A DNA stretch of 63,185 bases, the filler included, from Octopus bimaculoides (taxonomy: Eukaryota): assembly GCF_001194135.2 (NCBI RefSeq). It is 10 parts of 8 records of this genome, joined end to end, with 100 filler letters (N's around TTAATTAATTAA, not from the genome) between each part and the next. Parts side by side here need not be neighbours in the genome. Positions count along the whole stretch, not along the records: positions 1 to 7,023 come from NC_068989.1; positions 7,124 to 17,701 come from NC_068982.1; 8 more parts are not named here. One strand, written 5' to 3'. Shown here in pieces: positions 1 to 11,694 of the stretch (position 1 is the stretch's first letter; each line of letters opens with the position of its first letter). Made by a program: the position numbers and the translations under genes. Under the pieces are notes generated by a model, which saw only the letters and a list, made by a program, of their open reading frames with translations, was not told the DNA's origin and made no database searches.

Positions 1-90
1 ACGCATATGTACGTAGATTCATACACATAAACATGCATACGTACATGCGTATTTACGTAGATTCATACACATATAAACATACACAGATGA

Positions 91-123
<33 letters not shown>

Positions 124-2554
124 ATTCACGCGACCTATAATACTATTCGTTCAGCGCCTCTGTTTACGCGCGTGTACATTTGTTATTTATAATTAGCCAA
201 TCTAATCGTGCTAACGCTCTAATTACCATGTAGTACTGCCGTATTTATGTTAATTAAAGGTCAGAAATCGTATTTGTATATGTTGTATACTGCATATTGT
301 ACCCCTTATATTTATCTGGGAAAGAAATATATATATATCAGGCCGAATTAAATAATAATAATAATAATAATAATAATAGTAATAATAATAATAAAGCTGA
401 CTGTGTGCTATTTAAGCCACCCCTGACAAGCAAGGATTTAAATAGTAGACAAATGGTTGCTTCCCTTGATTAATGTAATTATGGCTTCGTACACTATCAG
501 GGTTGCTGTGGAATCGGACTGTCCAGAAATTAGACGGTTATTCGCGGTAAATATTTCAAATAATTTCTTATGTCTCACATACTGATATGTTATAGGTGTA
601 TATTTTCTCTATATGAATTTTTTAAAAGCAGACATCTAAGGATTTTCTCATATCTTAGAGAGTTTTCTCTGTGTAGTCATGTAATAACCGTGTTGTGTAC
701 ATTTTGCATAGTAACGTGGTGTGTTTGTTGACTTGCCAGTTGCACTATCAACAAACATTCTCGTTGCCCAATGTATATATANNNNNNNNNNNNNNNNNNN
801 NNNNNNNNNNNNNNNNNNNNNNNNNNNNNNNNNNNNNNNNNNNNNNNNNNNNNNNNNNNNNNNNNNNNNNNNNNNNNNNNNNNNNNNNNNNNNNNNNNNN
901 NNNNNNNNNNNNNNNNNNNNNNNNNNNNNNNNNNNNNNNNNNNNNNNNNNNNNNNNNNNNNNNNNNNNNNNNNNNNNNNNNNNNNNNNNNNNNNNNNNNN
1001 NNNNNNNNNNNNNNNNNNNNNNNNNNNNNNNNNNNNNNNNNNNNNNNNNNNNNNNNNNNNNNNNNNNNNNNNNNNNNNNNNNNNNNNNNNNNNNNNNNNN
1101 NNNNNNNNNNNNNNNNNNNNNNNNNNNNNNNNNNNNNNNNNNNNNNNNNNNNNNNNNNNNNNNNNNNNNNNNNNNNNNNNNNNNNNNNNNNNNNNNNNNN
1201 NNNNNNNNNNNNNNNNNNNNNNNNNNNNNNNNNNNNNNNNNNNNNNNNNNNNNNNNNNNNNNNNNNNNNNNNNNNNNNNNNNNNNNNNNNNNNNNNNNNN
1301 NNNNNNNNNNNNNNNNNNNNNNNNNNNNNNNNNNNNNNNNNNNNNNNNNNNNNNNNNNNNNNNNNNNNNNNNNNNNNNNNNNNNNNNNNNNNNNNNNNNN
1401 NNNNNNNNNNNNNNNNNNNNNNNNNNNNNNNNNNNNNNNNNNNNNNNNNNNNNNNNNNNNNNNNNNNNNNNNNNNNNNNNNNNNNNNNNNNNNNNNNNNN
1501 NNNNNNNNNNNNNNNNNNNNNNNNNNNNNNNNNNNNNNNNNNNNNNNNNNNNNNNNNNNNNNNNNNNNNNNNNNNNNNNNNNNNNNNNNNNNNNNNNNNN
1601 NNNNNNNNNNNNNNNNNNNNNNNNNNNNNNNNNNNNNNNNNNNNNNNNNNNNNNNNNNNNNNNNNNNNNNNNNNNNNNNNNNNNNNNNNNNNNNNNNNNN
1701 NNNNNNNNNNNNNNNNNNNNNNNNNNNNNNNNNNNNNNNNNNNNNNNNNNNNNNNNNNNNNNNNNNNNNNNNNNNNNNNNATATATATATATATAGTTAA
1801 AAAAAACAATAAAAAAAAAACAACAAAGTGAGGACGTGATATGGATAGTATTATTGAAAAAATGTTCAAGTTAACGCATTGATCACATTCATGTTGTCAT
1901 CTGCTTTGTTTTGTTTACTTTAGTCAGCGGACTAAGAGCGTCTTTAAAAGGCTAAAACCACACCCCCCGAATAACAAAATAAGAAGAAACCAAATCGTCA
2001 TATACGTGTCTGTGTGTCACGTACACAATGAAAACCTAGTCTTGTGTGACTTCCATGTCATACAACGAACAATATTTGTGACTAACTCTTCATTCCCTGT
2101 AACTACATTTTAACTGGTTCTAAACAACATAATAGAATTGTAATGTAAGAGTAATTTGAACTTCATCTTCCTTTCTATTATTTCCAATCAGATTCAAAAT
2201 ACAAACGTAATTGCTAAAAGTAAAAGAAAAAAAGAAAAATTTCATTTTGTCTCCTTGGTTCAAACTCTATGCTAAGTTACCAAACTGGGAATGGTAACTG
2301 TTATGCACTTTTGCATTTCTCTTATGGGCGAAACACTTCAGGATGTCAACAGCCTGAGTGTTTTGTTCATAACAAGCAACTTTGCACAGCGAACCAGATG
2401 GTACACATCAAAACTGTCATTATAGGTCATTGAAGCATAAAATATCTGGTTTACTATTTATTTTCAATTACTTCATGCTACAAGTTCATTTGCAAAGAAG
2501 TAATTGTGAGCACTCAACAACAGCTGTACCAGTAGCAGTACGGTTTTTTTTTTT

Positions 2555-2950
2555 TTTACTTGCTTCAGTCATTGGATTGTGGCCATGTGGGAGCACTGCC
2601 TTGAAGGATTTAGTTGAGCAAACTGACCCCACTAATTATATTCAAGCCTCATACTTGTCCTATCAGTCTCTTTTGCTGGACGTCTAACTTACAGGGATGT
2701 AAACAAACCAACATCGGTTCTCAAATGGTAGTGGCAAACAAATACAAAAACACACACACACACGCACACACACACACACATATATACATGTATATATGAT
2801 GGGCTTCTTTTAGTTTTTATCTACAAATTCCACTCACAAGGCTTCAATCAGCTTGGGACTATATTAGAAGCTGCATCTTGGGCAAGTGCCTTTTACTATG
2901 AATCCAAGACCACATGGTTAGGAAGAAAACCTTCTTGACCATGCAATCAT
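2555..2950 (-). mobile_element. Family A SINE, diverged and CpG-decayed
   Basis: Colinear with 3119-3564, with many CG>TG/CA changes. Confidence 0.75.
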
Positions 2951-3118
2951 CAGTTTTGAAGACTTATGAAAGGAAAGCATTATGTTAGACAGAATATATG
3001 AAACGAGGGCTAACTAAGAGTCTGAACACAAGTATGTGCTTTAGACTGGTAAAGGGTTAAGCAGTTCAGATTGGAACACATGAGGTACCCACAGACGGTT
3101 TTATACTCTCTGAAGCTC

Positions 3119-3356
3119 TTTCTCTTTTACTCTTTTACTTGTTTCATTCATTTGACTGTGGTCATGCTGGAGCACCGCCTTTAGTTGAGCAACTCGACCC
3201 CAGGACTTATTCTTTGGAAGCCTAGTACTTATTCTATCAGTCTTTTTTGCTGAACCGCTAAGTTATGGGGACGTAAACACACCAACATCGATTGTCAACC
3301 GATGATGGGGGAACAAACACAGACACACAAACATATACACACACATACATATATAC

Positions 3357-3387
<31 letters not shown>

Positions 3388-3564
3388 TCTATATATATAT
3401 ATTTACATGAAAGGCTTCTTTCAGTTTCCGTCTACCAAATCTACTATAGCCTTGGCCCGAGGCTATAGTAGAAGACACTTGCCCAAGGTGCCATGCAGTG
3501 GGACTGAACCTGGAACCATGCGGTTGGTAAGCAAGCTACTTACCACACAGCCACTTCTGCGCCT
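3119..3564 (-). mobile_element. tRNA-derived CORE-type SINE with internal (TA)n/(TG)n (family A)
   Basis: Minus head aggcgcagaagtggctgtgtggtaagtagcttgc...ggttccaggttcagtccc, CORE-like gcaccttgggcaagtgtcttc, an internal microsatellite and a gaaacaagtaaaagag tail. Confidence 0.88.
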
Positions 3565-6051
3565 TTCTCTACACTTCTTTGCAATTTTTCTTTATCAGAT
3601 TCATCCCAGTACTAAGAATTGAGTGGGGTTTGCCATTCACTTTGGTTTACATTCCAAAGCAACCTTGATTCTCCAATTGAACTCAACTACCTTATGGTGG
3701 CTTCCAATTAGCTCAGCACCAACTTTGGAAGAACTCAAATTCAAAAAATTTATTCAAAATGAAATAAACAGCTGTCTCTGGTCTAATGTGACAATTTTGT
3801 CTGCAATACTGCAGTTTCTGTCAAGGGCCTTAATGGTGACTTCTCACCAACTGGTTGTTTTAATAAAAATGTAAAGATTTAAGGTGTGTTTGTTCAAGTC
3901 ACTAATGTTAAAGAGATTGGTTTTCAATTGTCCTGCCCTTTCAGCTATGTGTAAGCCTTCCTGTCTCTCTCTTTCTTTGCCTCCTCCTCTGTTCTCCCTT
4001 GTTTCCTTTCCCCTCATCTCATCCCTTCCCCTCTATCTTTTCTCTCCTCCTCCTCCTCCTTTTCTCTTTTGTATCATTCTCTTTGTCTCCTTTCCCTCTC
4101 TTTCAAAAACCATCTTTTCTCTTCTCCTATCCCTTCTGTTTGTGTTGCATTTGCTGAAATTGTAGAAGCCATGTCTTTTCTGTTTGGATTAGTGAGGGAA
4201 GAATAGAGAGAGATAAAGAAAAGAAGACAAAAAAGAAATTGGAGGAGAGGTGGCAGAGGCATAACAAAAAGAAAAAGGAAAAAAAGACAAAAAACAAAGA
4301 GTATTTATTGTGACTCTGGCATGAAGCTTCTAAAAGCTAGGATTATGGAACAACCTAGTTTGGCTTTCTAATAGAATGTGAAGGTCATATTTTAGTAAAC
4401 AAACGATTACAATAGAAAAGCAACAAGAACAAGAACAACAACAGATCCTTATATATCTAACAATGACAGAAAAGTGATGTGAAAAGTAACCTAATAGTAA
4501 TAATTATAAAAAGGGTCAAGATTTTCTTCATCACATGGTTTTGGTTGAAATGAATATGGAAATAGCCCTTTTTTCTTTTTATGCCATTTTGATGAAGATA
4601 AGCCATTGTGCTTTCTGGGGTAACATTCACAATGTGTTTGGATTGTTAATTATAGGGGTCATCTTCTATATAATAAAAGATAACCCCTATGATTATTATT
4701 CAGTCTTGTTACAAAGATTGCTTGGGGTTAAAACTCAAGATGATAAGAATATAAAGTACAGTATCTCCAGCTGTCACTTGCAAGCATGTATGTACCATAT
4801 TTAACTTAAGCTCTTCGTTTTCCTATGGAACATTGGCCGTCTTTGACCTTCGTCCACTGTTCTTGACTCTGGACTGTTCTTAGTGCTGCCTCGTTTGTAC
4901 GGAGGGCACCATATATTTCCGTGAGAGAAGGCCTTCTTCTTTTATATCATCCTCATCATCATTTAATGTCCATTGTCCATGCTGGCATGGGTTGGATGGT
5001 TTGACCAGAGCTAACAAGCTGGGGAGCTGCACCAGATTCCAGTTTGATTTGGCATAGCTTCTACAGCTGGATTCCCTTCCTAACACCAACCACTTTACAG
5101 AGTGCACTGGGTGCTATTATGTGGCACCATATGGGCGCTTTTACGTGGCACTACAAGTGCACTTTTATGTGATGTGGCACCGTCATGTGTGCTTTACACC
5201 ACCAGCAGGATTGGTCTTAACACTTCTGCTGTGGGGCATGGGTCTTCTTAAGTATGGTCAGGTGCCAGGTATCTTGATTTAATTGTCATTGATGTTTCTG
5301 TAACTTGGCTTTTTTTAGGTAGGGTTGTTTTCCCTGTGCAAACCTATTTTTATCTCTAGGAAGAAGCAATCCATATTAGTCTGATCTCCATCTCTTGATC
5401 TGTCCGGCACGAAAGGTCCTAACAGGAACATGTTCTCCACTGGGATAGCTCTTAGGGTCATTGAGGCATGCGAGTTACCACACCATGATGGGGATTGGAC
5501 CTTGTTGTGGAAGTATGTACCATGCTTTTCCTAATTGATTTAGGAGTTTATATAGTCGTGAGCAGACATAGATGTGTCCAAGGAACTTCTCATCCTTGAC
5601 TCAGCGAAATATCCAGCAAGTGATAGCTGGAAGAAGATATGGCTGTACTAACACCTGCCATTAATTATTACAGTTCAGGCAAGTTATTAGAGCATCAAAT
5701 AGAACGCTTTGTGGTATACGTTTTTACTCTGTGGGTTCCAAGTCCAAATCACATCAAGGTCAAAGGTATCAACATGGATAAATAAGTTATCCAAATTTAT
5801 GTCCTTTGTCCATTTGAGATATTTTGCTAAGTTCATTTCGTTTTTAATTACCTTCTATCCTTTACTTGTTTCAGTCATTAGACTGTGGCCATGCTGGGGC
5901 ACCATGTTGAATGGTTTAGCTGAACGAATTGACGCCAGTACTTACTTTTTAAATCAGGTCTCTTTCACCAAACTACTAAGTTACGAGGACATAAACAAAC
6001 CAGTACTGGTTGTCAGGCAGTGTTGGGTGGAAGGACATGCATTTTTTTTTT

Positions 6052-6256
6052 TTTTTACTTGTTTCAGTCATTTGACTGTGGCCATGCTGGAGCACCGCCT
6101 TTAGTCGAGTAAATCAACCCAGGACTTATTCTTTGTAAGCCTAGTACTTATTCTATCGGTGTCTTTTTGCCAAACTGCTAAGTTACGCAGACTTGAACAC
6201 ACCAGCATCGGTTGTCAAGCGATGCTGGGGGGACAAACACAGACACACACACAAAC

Positions 6257-6293
<37 letters not shown>

Positions 6294-6487
6294 NNNNNNN
6301 NNNNNNNNNNNNNNNTATACATATATATGACGGGCTTCTTTCAGTTTCCGTCTACCAAATTCACTCACAAGGCTTTGGTCGGCCCGAGGCTATAGTAGAA
6401 GACACCAAGGTGCCACGCAGTGGGACTGAACCCGGAACCATGTGGTTGGTAAGCAAGCTACTTACCACACAGCCACTCCTGCGCCTA
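6052..6487 (-). mobile_element. Family A SINE, near-consensus copy
   Basis: Full head, CORE-like segment and tail are present. The N gap lies in the internal (TA)n. Confidence 0.88.
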
Positions 6488-7023
6488 TGCATGATCACAC
6501 ACACACACACACACACACAATAAGAGCATTATAGTTTGCATCATAATTTGCTTTCTGTGCAGTATGACATTTACAGCACCGATGTAGACGATGCCATCGC
6601 TGACTACTACGATGGCATTTACCACTGTCGGCAACATTGATGTAAACAACCACCTTCACTACCACTGCTGCCAACCTAACTGCCAGATCATTTGGAGAGC
6701 TGCTGCTGCTGCTAGTACAAGCACCAAACTAAAACAGTCACTACCCATTTGGCTCTCCAAATAATTGTGGGTTTTTTCTCTGAAGATGGGTCTTTGTACT
6801 TGAAATATATAAAGGTTTTTTTCAACTTTCCTCTCTGCATTGTTAGAGGCCTTTGTCATTTCCCTTTTTGTTTATTATTCTACTATATATATATATATAT
6901 TTGTAATATGTCTTTTTTCTGCATTTAAGGTAATGCTCACATTACTTAAATAAATTGAAGTAGCATGAAACGTGCGTACTGCAATCACTTTTGAAATCCG
7001 TGTTGCTTATTGTTTGATATATA

Positions 7024-7123
7024 NNNNNNNNNNNNNNNNNNNNNNNNNNNNNNNNNNNNNNNNNNNNTTAATTAATTAANNNNNNNNNNNNNNNNNNNNN
7101 NNNNNNNNNNNNNNNNNNNNNNN
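7024..7123. other. Artificial 100-bp scaffold-join spacer N44-TTAATTAATTAA-N44 (one of nine)
   Basis: Identical spacers lie at 17702-17801, 21376-21475, 26599-26698, 38572-38671, 51096-51195, 53213-53312, 55018-55117 and 57854-57953. The 12-mer puts stop codons in all six frames. Confidence 0.95.
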
Positions 7124-7879
7124 AAGTCTCTATCTGATCTGATATAAACGAAATTGTTACAAACACACATATAGACGCACATACTTACATATAAGCAGGA
7201 ACACATAAGTGCGTGCACACATATGAGCGTGCACACATACGAGCTTGCACACACTCACATGCTCATACCGAACAGTTTCAAAACAACGCCAAAACAACGC
7301 CAGATCATACATTCAAAATAAATGGAAGTGGAGAGAGAAGTTACTGAAGAGATTGCAAGAGTGCAATGAAATAATTTAACAAAAAACTATATAAATTAAT
7401 AAATGAATGAACCAGTGCGTGTGTTTATTACCGGCATAATGCCTCTCCCAAGGTTTAATTGTATTTCTTTCAACACACGTATCCACATAAAGAATCTTGC
7501 ACACGAAATACACATACGAAATATATATATGTATATGCATATATAGGTACAGAACGTCACCAACTGTGTAAACAACAAGATGTAAGAAGTAAGGAAACAA
7601 GAGTTGAATACGCAAACAACGAGATGAAAAATGGGAAAGGGGACAAGTGACACAAAGAACGACCATTCATCACTTGTCGGCTGCCTATCTACTGCTCATT
7701 TCGAGCATTCAACGACAATATGAGTCTTCAAAGACAGTTGCTCCCTTAAATTTCCAAAGAGAATTTTGGATATATATATATAATTTATATTAATACATAA
7801 TTGAACGCCACGCATCCATTTCCAAGTAGGTTTATATACATACATACAGACATACATACATACATACATACATACAAGC

Positions 7880-7910
<31 letters not shown>

Positions 7911-8091
7911 CATACATACATACATACATGCATACATACATACATGTGTGTGTGTCTGTGTGTTAGAGAGTAAAAGTAGGAAAAATTATATCATAAAAAT
8001 CATAGTAGAGATACGTCCATAAAAAATAAACAATATTGTATTAATGAATACATATATAAAGTACAACTATTATTATTATTATTATTTATTA

Positions 8092-8572
8092 AGATTTGAG
8101 AGAACTAACGATCGTTTCATGATTATGCTGCCTTTCGGAATGTAGTCCAAAGTTGGCAACCATAATTGGGTAGTATATCCACTCGTCAGAGAAACGGATG
8201 AATTTCAATGTAGGAAATCGAATGTTAAAGGGCTATTCAAAATCGTATGGTAAATGTGTTTATGGATTACATACCGAAGGGAAAGGGAATTATGGTACTT
8301 CTATCTATACACAATCATTACGGATTCTTAGAAATGATTTTACCATGGATTTATATTATTTTTCAAAATTTCTAGCCCAAATCTATGCCAATAACTTTTT
8401 AAACAACACCTTTATGATACGATTTTAAATAGCATTTCTATCATTCTATTTACTACACTGAAATTCATCCTTTTCTCTGACAAGTGGATATACATCCTAA
8501 TAATGGTTATCAACTTTGGATTTCATTTCGAAATGTAGTATTTTCATGAAACGATCGTACGTTCTCTCAAAT
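8092..8572. mobile_element. Fold-back / MITE-like element with ~170-bp degenerate terminal inverted repeats
   Basis: The left arm atttgagagaactaacgatcgtttcatg...tccaaagttggcaaccataattggg.agtatatccactcgtcagagaaacggatgaatttca matches the reverse complement of ~8400-8572 throughout, with scattered substitutions. Confidence 0.8.
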
Positions 8573-10895
8573 GTTTTTCAATAATCATAGTTATACTTTA
8601 TATATTTATTTATTAATACAATATCGCTTATATTAAGGACGTATCACTACTATCATTCTTATAGCATTATTTTCTTACTTTTAGTCTCTAATATATAATT
8701 GCTCTAATTGAATCTCTAAATATGTTAAATGTGTTAGACATTTGTCAAATCAAAAACATTTGCTCCTAGCATATATTTGATTAACTATATATACATTATA
8801 TATATATATGGGGGGGGGTGTATGTGTGTGTGTGTTTGTGTGTGTGTTTGTGTGTGTGTGTTGTGTGCGTCTTTTCTGATACATGTTCATATACATTATT
8901 AGAAATGTTTCTTCAAACTCACACACACACGTATGAACGCTCGCGAACACACAGGCACGCACACACACATACGCCCCCCGCATATATATTTGGGTTACAG
9001 TTTTGTAATAGGATAATTCCATAAAGTATGTAACAAGATACACTTGAAGGAAGATTTCCTCAAATGTTTTTGTATATAAATATAACCTTCGTTAATCACA
9101 ATGACACACATTTTTCAAATGATGATTTGAATTGCATGTTATCGCTTTGGTTGTTCAAAGTTTCATGCGCACGTGTTACAGGGTAGCGAATTGAATTAGA
9201 AAGCGCTTACTTACAACTGTATGCCACAAGGCTCGTGTCAGTCTGTTTTTCTAATTTTATTTTTTAATAGCTAATAACTTCCAAGTTTTCGTTCAAATGT
9301 CTATTGGTGTATACTTTATTATATTTTTGATATATCGTTGTGCATAATTTTGAGTACTATTTCCTCTCTGACTCGACAGAATGTTTATGGCAATATGTTT
9401 ATAGAAATTGTTACTATAAAAATACTCAAAATTAAAACGACGAAACAGAATTATAAATATAGCATATTTCACTGTTTAGCAGTCGAATTCGTAGCATCGC
9501 ATATGATTAGTTGCCATATTTCAAACAGTTTTGATCACTTTTTCTAATTTCATATCTCTTCCAACCATGGACATGCTAATATAATCAAAGATACCCCTAG
9601 ACTCTGATACGTATGTCAATCGTTTTCTTTTCCGACCGCTGCACCACAACAGCAGCTCAATACCTGCTCACTTAATTTTAATTTATTGATCATTTATTCA
9701 TTCACGACTAAAATTTGTAACTCTTTCCCATTCGTAGATAATGTCAAAGTGTTGAGAACTACTGCATGCAACTTGAATTTTTCAAACCAAAATTTGAACT
9801 TTTCAAATCAATAGAGGTAGGTCGACTTATTCACCAAAACAGTTTTGGATAACTATAATGACAATGCTTGAATGTTAACACCCCATATTTACACAATATT
9901 CTGCGTTGAGATGTATATGGTGAAATCGGTAGATGTTTCTTTTCTATGAGTAACAAACTCACTGATCTCCCTTATGAACCTTCCTAAGATGCGTATATCT
10001 CACGCCATCTCTAGTATCCTATATTCTGAATTAAACCTTCAAAAAGACTGTCTATGTAGACACAGATTATATACCTGCTGATCAAGTGAATCATAGGTAG
10101 TCAAATTAGTTCGCATTATTTTGGTGTAAAATATATGCAATAATAACCAACTGAAATTCACTTTTTTAGTCCCCTGTTAGTAGAAACTTAATAAAAATAA
10201 AACGGAAAATGAATAGGAATACAGAAGGAACGACAATACATAAATTGTTATGTAGGAAGTTCTGATAATGAAAGCAAATAATTTAAGTTTTTGTAATAAA
10301 ATGAAACGTACGAGAACATTCTTGGGAAAGCTAATCAAAACTTAAAATGAATGGGCAAAAGAAATTCGAAATTCGAGATAGAAAAAGTGGTTGAAAATTA
10401 CATATAATCAATTTGTCTGTGAAGTAAGATATCTAATACATGAATTTTAATAAAACTCTACCAAATGATGAATAGGATAACAAGATTAAAATTAACAATG
10501 GCGTATAAATTCTGTTCAGAAAATTAAGGACGTTGATATGACGTATTTCATTAGACAAATTATTTTCTTCTGTTTTTATCAGTAATTGCTTCGGACTTAC
10601 AAGATGGTAGCTAATTAAAAATAAACGGTGGTGGAGCTGATCATGAAAAATATCTCTTAAAAAAAATATCTTTATTCTCTCTGCAGTTTCTTATAGATAT
10701 AAAGTTACGTCATCGACTAGTTATTGGGTATTTTTCTTATTACATATTTCGAATTAGAATAATGTGCGATGTTTAAACCAAACATTCACTATTTTCAAAC
10801 AGATTTATTTCCGTTATAACGCATAATATGGATGTTATATTGATTTCTCATATAATCGTGCACGATTGCATACTTGTTCCTGTAGTTTCCCACAG

Positions 10896-10976
10896 AATAG
10901 AGTCTTATAGTGCTACTGAATATATGTTGGACGTTTCTGAAGGTCGACCACGTTCCAAGAGTTACTGCAAAAATGA
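10896..10976 (+). CDS. Candidate small exon, product unknown
   Basis: Acceptor acttgttcctgtagtttcccacag| and donor GA|gtaagt. It is 81 bp, phase 2-2, reading xIESYSATEYMLDVSEGRPRSKSYCKNx. The frame stays open back to an alternative acceptor at 10803. No homology recognised. Confidence 0.35.
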
Positions 10977-11660
10977 GTAAGTGAAGAATATTATTTTTCA
11001 CACAATGAATGGGAAATAAATACAATAGTTTGTAACATTATACAATCGATCATAAATATCACTGTTGTACACAAAACACATGGCATATTTGATGTTGATA
11101 CAACATTTATGCTCTTTATATACCAGACAAATGCAACATTGCCATCTACTTTCTACAGTGTTTCTCCTTTATCTGGCTTTTATTACACATATCCAACTAA
11201 AATATCAACATGAAAATGTGGAATAGTCTGATTATAATGGCACACTAAATGTAATCAATTATAAAAGAGGTCCGTAAAGCGCTGGGTAATACATTCGCTA
11301 CAGGACATTCATAAAAAAACAATAATAATTCGTATCATGTCTTTCCCTTGCAAAAGGTAGAATTTATTAACTTTAATAGTATATTACATAGTTTTATTCA
11401 TAAATATACTAATCTAGAACTACATCTTAAATTATAGGATACTATAGAAAGTATGCATGTATGTTTATTTGTATTTGTGATTATTTGTGAGTTTGAAACT
11501 GTGTACATATATGTCTACATGCACACACACATATAAAAAGATTTACAGGCGTATATGTATATATGTATATACATACATATATATGTATGCATATATGTAT
11601 GTATGCCTGTATATANNNNNNNNNNNNNNNNNNNNNNNNNNNNNNNNNNNNNNNNNNNNN

Positions 11661-11694
<34 letters not shown>

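Noticed and set aside
695-1869. Long ORFs spanning N runs (also ~14.7, 24, 28, 30, 33, 34.5, 37.5, 39.6, 47.4 and 56.1 kb)
   Set aside because: They are open only because N codons are not stops; the flanks are (TA)n/(TG)n microsatellites.
8360-8400. Minus-strand KVIGIDLG motif (RuvC/TnpB-Fanzor- or Hsp70-like)
   Set aside because: It is followed immediately by stops, lies within the fold-back element, and has no other motifs; a chance match.
9749-9827. AG/GT-bounded segment with good splice signals
   Set aside because: All three frames contain a stop before the donor.
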